A DNA stretch of 64,000 bases from Octopus vulgaris. Its lineage: Eukaryota. Below the pieces are notes generated by a model, which made no database searches, was not told the origin of the DNA, and saw only the letters and a list, made by a program, of their open reading frames with translations. Where the stretch lies: NCBI GenBank assembly GCA_951406725.2, contig OX597836.1:17794001-17858000 (forward strand), written 5' to 3'. The position numbers and the translations under genes are program-made. The first letter of the stretch is position 1. Every line of letters begins with the position of its first letter. Positions 57,972 through 64,000 of the stretch are shown one piece after another.

Positions 57972-58943
57972 TAATAATAATAATAATGATAGTAACAATA
58001 ATAATAATAAAAGTCCTGATGCAGTACCAGGCAGTGGTCCTCATAGATTCTGGTCTTAACTGATTGCAAGTGTTATCATGTAGATTGATTTGTTTCGGTA
58101 TAAAACATGGGCTACAACAAATATTCTGCTCAATACCAGAAATTTGCTTGTCAGTTGTTTGACCTTAACCAGTTGAGCATGTGCCTTAGTGGCTGACGAT
58201 ATGTGCATCTCTGATCACGAGCAGAAGTAGTGGGGTAGCATCATAACCGTGCATGAAGAGGAATTCTTAGAGGTTTGGATAATTCACCTCTGGAAACATT
58301 GGCGGTTCATTCAACATCCTTAAACAATCCTTATTCAGGGATCTTTTGAGCGGGATGGGCTACTCGACCCGAAGAAAATTCTAACTAGGCCCCCACCTGC
58401 AAGGTCATGTGCTATTTATCTTGATATGAGATCACCATGTGGCGCACATATGGTTGTGATGCATGTGCCTGGTGTACCTTTATCAGACAGGTAGTCATGA
58501 TGGGTATATTAGGCATCGTATAAGTGTACCCCAGAGTCACTTTGATGGTATGCGCTGCTGGAACAAACAAGTCAATGTTGTTGTCATGGAGTGATACTAC
58601 CTGAGCAACTCCGTAGACGAAAATGGTGTTCATCATAGGGGATACCGACAACTTATGTATGATCATTGGAGAGGAAGCGGATTGTTCCCTAGAGCAATAA
58701 GAAAAAATCGTTGGTTCACAGAAATAGAGCTCGAAGCTATCAAAAGACGCGTATTAGATAGAAGCAGCAGAGGACACGATGAAAATACAGTTCCTACTGA
58801 TAAACGTAATCTCATAGCAGAAAACAGGTGAAATCTCTAATAAACCACAGGAAATGAACAGTGATAGCTTGCTAATGGTGACATGACAGATGAGCAAAAG
58901 GCAATCTACAACGGAATAAAGGCAAGGCTACAAGAGAATGATA

Positions 58944-59202
58944 AAATAAATAAATGCGCCATTTTACAGCCTAGCCAGGCTCATGGGCCCGGTTTCCCGG
59001 TTTCAATGGCGTATGTCCCCAGCTGGAAGGGACGCCAGTCCATCGCAGCGTTACTCATTTTTGCCAGCTGAGTGGACTGCAGCAACGTTAAATGAAGTGT
59101 TTTGCTCAAGGACACAACGCGTCGCCCGGTCCAGGAATCATCGAAACCACAATCTTACGATCATGATGCTGATACGCTAACCACTAAGCCACGCTCATCC
59201 AC
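58944..59202 (-). mobile_element. SINE with V-like body and tail T2
   Basis: TSD ACAAGAGAATGATA at 58930-58943 and 59203-59216. Confidence 0.9.
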
Positions 59203-59619
59203 ACAAGAGAATGATAGCAACATTATTTGCAATTTTAAAAAGGTCGAACCAATGAATGAAAAATGTGAATGGAATTCTGAAATACATCAGAACAAAATAA
59301 AATCACAGAAGCAAACAATTTGAACAAGGCAGCAAGTATTGTCATAGCAGAAAATGTGGGTGTGGATGTAAAAAAAAAAATTATATAATGGGAGCGACAA
59401 AAGAAAAGATCCATGGTGACTAAGAAGAATACAGACGGGGTTAGATATTTTCTCGAAATACATTTCTGTGTTAGACCGAAAAAAGAAGCGTGAGCTTAAA
59501 GGGTACAAAAATACAGAAAACTAAGCAGGAAGCATGATATTGAGAGAAAGGGCCTGAAAGGGGTAATGGAGGAACTGAAACAGCGCCTCGTTGTAAAGAA
59601 AGCAAAGATGGTGAGATAC

Positions 59620-60015
59620 TAAGGAAGGAAGCACTCCGTCGGTTACGACGACGAGGTTTCCGGTTGATCCGATCAACGGAACAGCCTGCTCGTGAAATTA
59701 ACGTGTAAGTGGCTGAGCACTCCATAGACACGTGTACCCTTAACGCAGTTCTCGGGGATATTCAGCGTGACACAGAGAGTGACAAGGCCGGCCCTTTGAA
59801 ATTCAGGTACAACAGAAACAGGAAGTAAGAGTGAGAGAAAGTTGTGGTGAAAGAGTACAGCAGGGATCACCACCATCCCCTGCCGGAGCCGCGTGGAGCT
59901 TTAGGTGTTTTCGCTCAATAAACACTCACAACGCCCGGTCTGGGAATCGAAACCGCGATCCTACGACCGCGAGTCCGCTGCCCTAACCACTGGGCCACTG
60001 GGCCATTGCGCCTCC
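59620..60015 (-). mobile_element. SINE family B, full length
   Basis: TSD GATGGTGAGATAC at 59607-59619 and 60016-60028. Confidence 0.95.
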
Positions 60016-60172
60016 GATGGTGAGATACGACCAAAGAATGAAGGGATACCAGCAGAACAGGTTATTCAGGGTAGATCAGAAGAGATTCTACAAAGAAATA
60101 AATGGAGAGTGCACAGGAGAAAAGTTGATACCAGATAACATTGAAAGTCAAAGGTTTTGGAGTGACATCTGG

Positions 60173-60292
60173 AGCACTTATTTTATCATCGACCCCGAAA
60201 GGATAAAAAGCAAAAAGTCGACCTCGGCGGAATTTGAACTCAGAACGTAAGGCCTTTTTGCGTGTTAAAGTTTCCGTCAGCTTGCCGCCCTA
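60173..60292 (-). mobile_element. SINE family C fragment
   Basis: ATCGACCCCGAAAGGAT..AAGTCGACCTCGGCGGAATTTGAACTCAG. Confidence 0.8.
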
Positions 60293-60362
60293 GTAATGAT
60301 GATGATGATGATGACGATGATGACGATGAGGATGATGCTGAAGATGATGATGATGTTGATGG

Positions 60363-60503
<141 letters not shown>

Positions 60504-60918
60504 TGATGATGATAATAATAATAATAATAATATTAATAATAATAATAATGATATTAATAATAATAAAAATAATAATAATAATAATGATAATAATAATAAT
60601 AATAATAACAAAAGTAGTAAAATCTTTTGATATTACTTCTTTCTGTATTGGTCAGATTTCTCTCTTGTCATTCTTTCAACAATTTTAAGTACACTTTCAC
60701 GAATGATTGGTCCTCTCTGGAAGCTCGTTTCTAAAGCATGTGATATAAAAAAATGAATATAGAGAAACGATTCAACTCATCCCTGACAGGTTATATTTTC
60801 AACGAGCAGGAAGAGAGAGAAATGCTCTATCTTACATAAAAAAAAAATAGGAAAAACGTGTATGAGGTTCATATCGACGTATTATGTTCATATCGACATG
60901 TCGTAGGAATATATATGT

Positions 60919-60952
<34 letters not shown>

Positions 60953-61136
60953 TTCAGAGAAGATATATCTGAGTAGTTGAGATACATAAATAAACTAGAG
61001 AAAGAAAATGATTGTTTATCATTAAGGAGGGAATATTATCGAGGAACTGGAGTAGAGAGGAACTTCCTAAGTTCACAAATAATACATAACAACAACAACA
61101 ACAACAACAACACCAATAATAAAAATAATAATAATG

Positions 61137-61226
<90 letters not shown>

Positions 61227-61282
61227 TTAATAATAATAACAACAATAATAATAATAATAACAATAATAATAATAATAATGAT

Positions 61283-61320
<38 letters not shown>

Positions 61321-61584
61321 TAACAATAATAACAATAGTAATAATGATTTCATTTATTTGCCACAAGGGCAAAGAACGAGGGGGACAATATAAAGACAGA
61401 CATAAAGTGTGTGGGTTTACATATATGATGAAATGATAAAAAAAAATGAAAGAAAGAGAGAAAGAAACTAAGTACACACGATATACACTGAGAAAGAAGG
61501 GGTGTATACATAGCATACAAATGTTCAAAAAAAGTGCCGGAGGCGGATGATAGCCAAACCAAAATAATAATAATAATGATGATG

Positions 61585-61660
<76 letters not shown>

Positions 61661-61662
61661 TG

Positions 61663-61729
<67 letters not shown>

Positions 61730-61859
61730 TAATAATAATAACAATAATAATAATGATGATAATAATAATAATAATAATAATAATGATAATAATGATAATA
61801 ATAATAATAATAACAACAACAACAAAATCCCACACACAACAGCAACAATTACAACAATA

Positions 61860-64000
61860 CTTAATAATCGATGTGGCAGTATCAGGGATCAACATATTTT
61901 CATGAAAGAAAGAGAAAATGCCGACAAATTTGGAGACCTGAAAACTGAGGTCGCTAAGATGTGGCCGCATCGAGAGTCAAACGTAAAGGTTGATCCCGTT
62001 GACATCAGAGTATTGGGTTCAATACCACCCAATATTAACAAAGAGGAGGGTCTAAGCATGACTTGGATCGAGTATGTAAAGGTTTTTGACAGTATTCCCC
62101 ACACATGGATCCTACAACACTTGCCATGAACGCGGTAGCACCAATAACAAAATATATAAAACATACCATGAATAAATGGTAAACGGTGTTGCAGCTTCTG
62201 ACTTAAAAGAGAATCATAAAAGCTAAAGCAAATTCCCATTAGAAGAAGAATATTTCAAGGAGATTCGCTCCCACCATTCCTTTTCTGTGTAGCATTGACG
62301 CCTTTAACTGACATGTTAAACAGAACGGGATGTAGATACAAATGCTATGGAAAAACAATCAACCACCTCTTGTATATGGATCATTTAAAACGGTATGCTG
62401 CAAATGACGCACAACTGGGAACATTACTACAGACAGTACGTATATTTACCAAAGAAATAAATCATTTACCACAGAAATAAAATAAATTCGGCTTAGAAAA
62501 AATGTGCTAAGGACGAAAACTAGTTAAAGGTAACAATATCACACTAGATAAAATAAAATGAAATAAGAAAATTAGACCAAACCCAGACATACAAATACTT
62601 AGGAATCAATGAACTAGATACGGTACAACACACACAAATGAAAGAAAATGTAAGGAAGGAATATTATGGACGAATTAGATTAATACTTGAAGCTGAGCTC
62701 AATGCGAAAAGCAAGATAATTTGTATCAATAATCTAGCTATCCCTGCTATAAGTTACAGTTACAATATCCTTAATTGGACAGGAAATGAGCTAACCTAGA
62801 AAAAAAACAAGAAACATAATAACGGAATTTAGAATACACCACACAAAATCTGATATAGAAAGGTTGTATATATAACGAACTGACGGGAGTAGAGAAATTA
62901 TATAACTAGAAAACTACTATGAAATAACTACCATAGGATTACAGAAATATGTAACTTAGAAGCAAGGAAATTTGGTACGGAAACAACAGAATACCTATTT
63001 CTTTATTACCCACAAGGGGCTAAACACAGAATGGACAAACAAGGACAGACATAGGTATTAAGTCGATTACATCGACCCCAGTGTGTAACTGGTACTTAAT
63101 TTATCGACCCCGAAAGGATGAAAGGCAAAGTCGACCTCGGCGGAATTTGAATTCACAACGTAACGCAGACGAAATACCTCTTTCTTTACTGCCCACAAGG
63201 GGCTAAACACAGAATGGACAAACAAGGACAGACATAGGTATTAAGTCGATTACATCGACCCCAGTGCGTAATTGGTACTTAATTTATCGACCCCGAAAGA
63301 ATGAAAGGCAAAGTCGACCTCGGCGGAATTTGAACTCACAACGTAACGCAGACGAAATACCTCTTTCTTTACTTCCCACAAGGGGCTAAACACAGAATGG
63401 ACAAACAAGGACAGACATAGGTATTAAGTCGATTACATCGATCCCGGTGCGTAACTGGTACTTAATTTATCGACCCCGAAAGGATGAAAGGCAAAGTCGA
63501 CATCGGCGGAATTTGTACTCACAACGTAACGGCAGACGAAATACCGCTAAGCATTTCGCCCGGTGTGCTAACGTTTCTGCCAGCTCACAGCCTTAAAACA
63601 ACAGAATACCTTGATAAAAGAAGCCATTACATGGGAAATACCGTGATAAACTAAACGGAAAAGAGAAATAGACAAAGTAAAATCCCAACAATGCTTGAGA
63701 AGCTGAGGACTCAAAGCAGAGAGTGAAAGATTTTTAAATGCAGCACGGGATCAAAGCTTTCCCACCAGAAACACATAATGAAGAAAAATACAATAATTGC
63801 AGAATATGTGGTGATGGGGAAAGAAACAATAAATCATATTGTCCCTGGCGGCCCATTCCTGACTGAGAAGGAATATATCCAAAGGCGTGACTGAGTTTGG
63901 ACATATATACACTGGAAGCTACATACACTGGAATAACAACAGAAAATAGATGGTATAAGCATACCCAAGAAACAGTCTCAGAGAATGACTAAGCAAACAT
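61860..64000 (+). mobile_element. R4/Dong LINE remnant (an endonuclease piece joined to the RT-to-CCHC region), runs off the window
   Basis: LIIDVAV..LKTEVAKMW; LSMTWIEYVKVFDSIPH..IFQGDSL..INHLLYMDHLK..PLHGKY..CRICGDGKETINHI. Confidence 0.88.
62997..63595 (-). mobile_element. SINE family C with its 3' 183 bp triplicated
   Basis: TSD AAACAACAGAATACCT at 62981-62996 and 63596-63611; CCCACAAGGGG at 63009, 63192, 63375. Confidence 0.95.

Larger units (their letters stand above)
58012..60172 (+). mobile_element. R4/Dong LINE 5' region (putative leader plus N-terminal ORF), interrupted by two SINEs
   Basis: VVME*YYLSN..RGYRQLMYDHW..AIRKNRWFTEIELEAIK; MEELKQRL..RY..YQQNRLFRVDQKRFYKE..QRFWSDIW; begins after (TAA)n. 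Confidence 0.75.

Noticed and set aside
62997-63545. Regular repeats resembling a CRISPR array
   Set aside because: Tandem 183-bp SINE units with no unique spacers, in eukaryotic context, with no cas genes

Overview
AT-rich, microsatellite-saturated animal DNA, most likely octopod cephalopod (recognised from its SINE families and its (TA)n/(TAA)n load; no database check was possible). I found no intact protein-coding gene; nearly all ORFs in the track are simple-repeat artefacts. The window is a graveyard of mobile elements. It holds tRNA-headed SINEs built from shuffled modules (labelled here A, B, V-like and C), R4/Dong, CR1, Tx1/L1 and CRE LINE remnants, Penelope GIY-YIG remnants, Tc1 DD37E, DD37D, mariner and pogo transposase remnants, and several long palindromes. 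The most striking hidden signal is a set of about 8 hammerhead-ribozyme motifs. Most lie in short unique segments next to (TA)n/(CA)n tracts or Penelope ends. Three carry different perfect 8-nt palindromes in stem III, which points to dimer-dependent self-cleavage. Also notable are a 483-bp highly structured retro-insert with a 17-bp TSD, a SINE with a 3x183-bp internal array inside one TSD, and SINE tails shared with a CR1 LINE in the same window. Boundaries were read by eye and are approximate unless TSDs are given.
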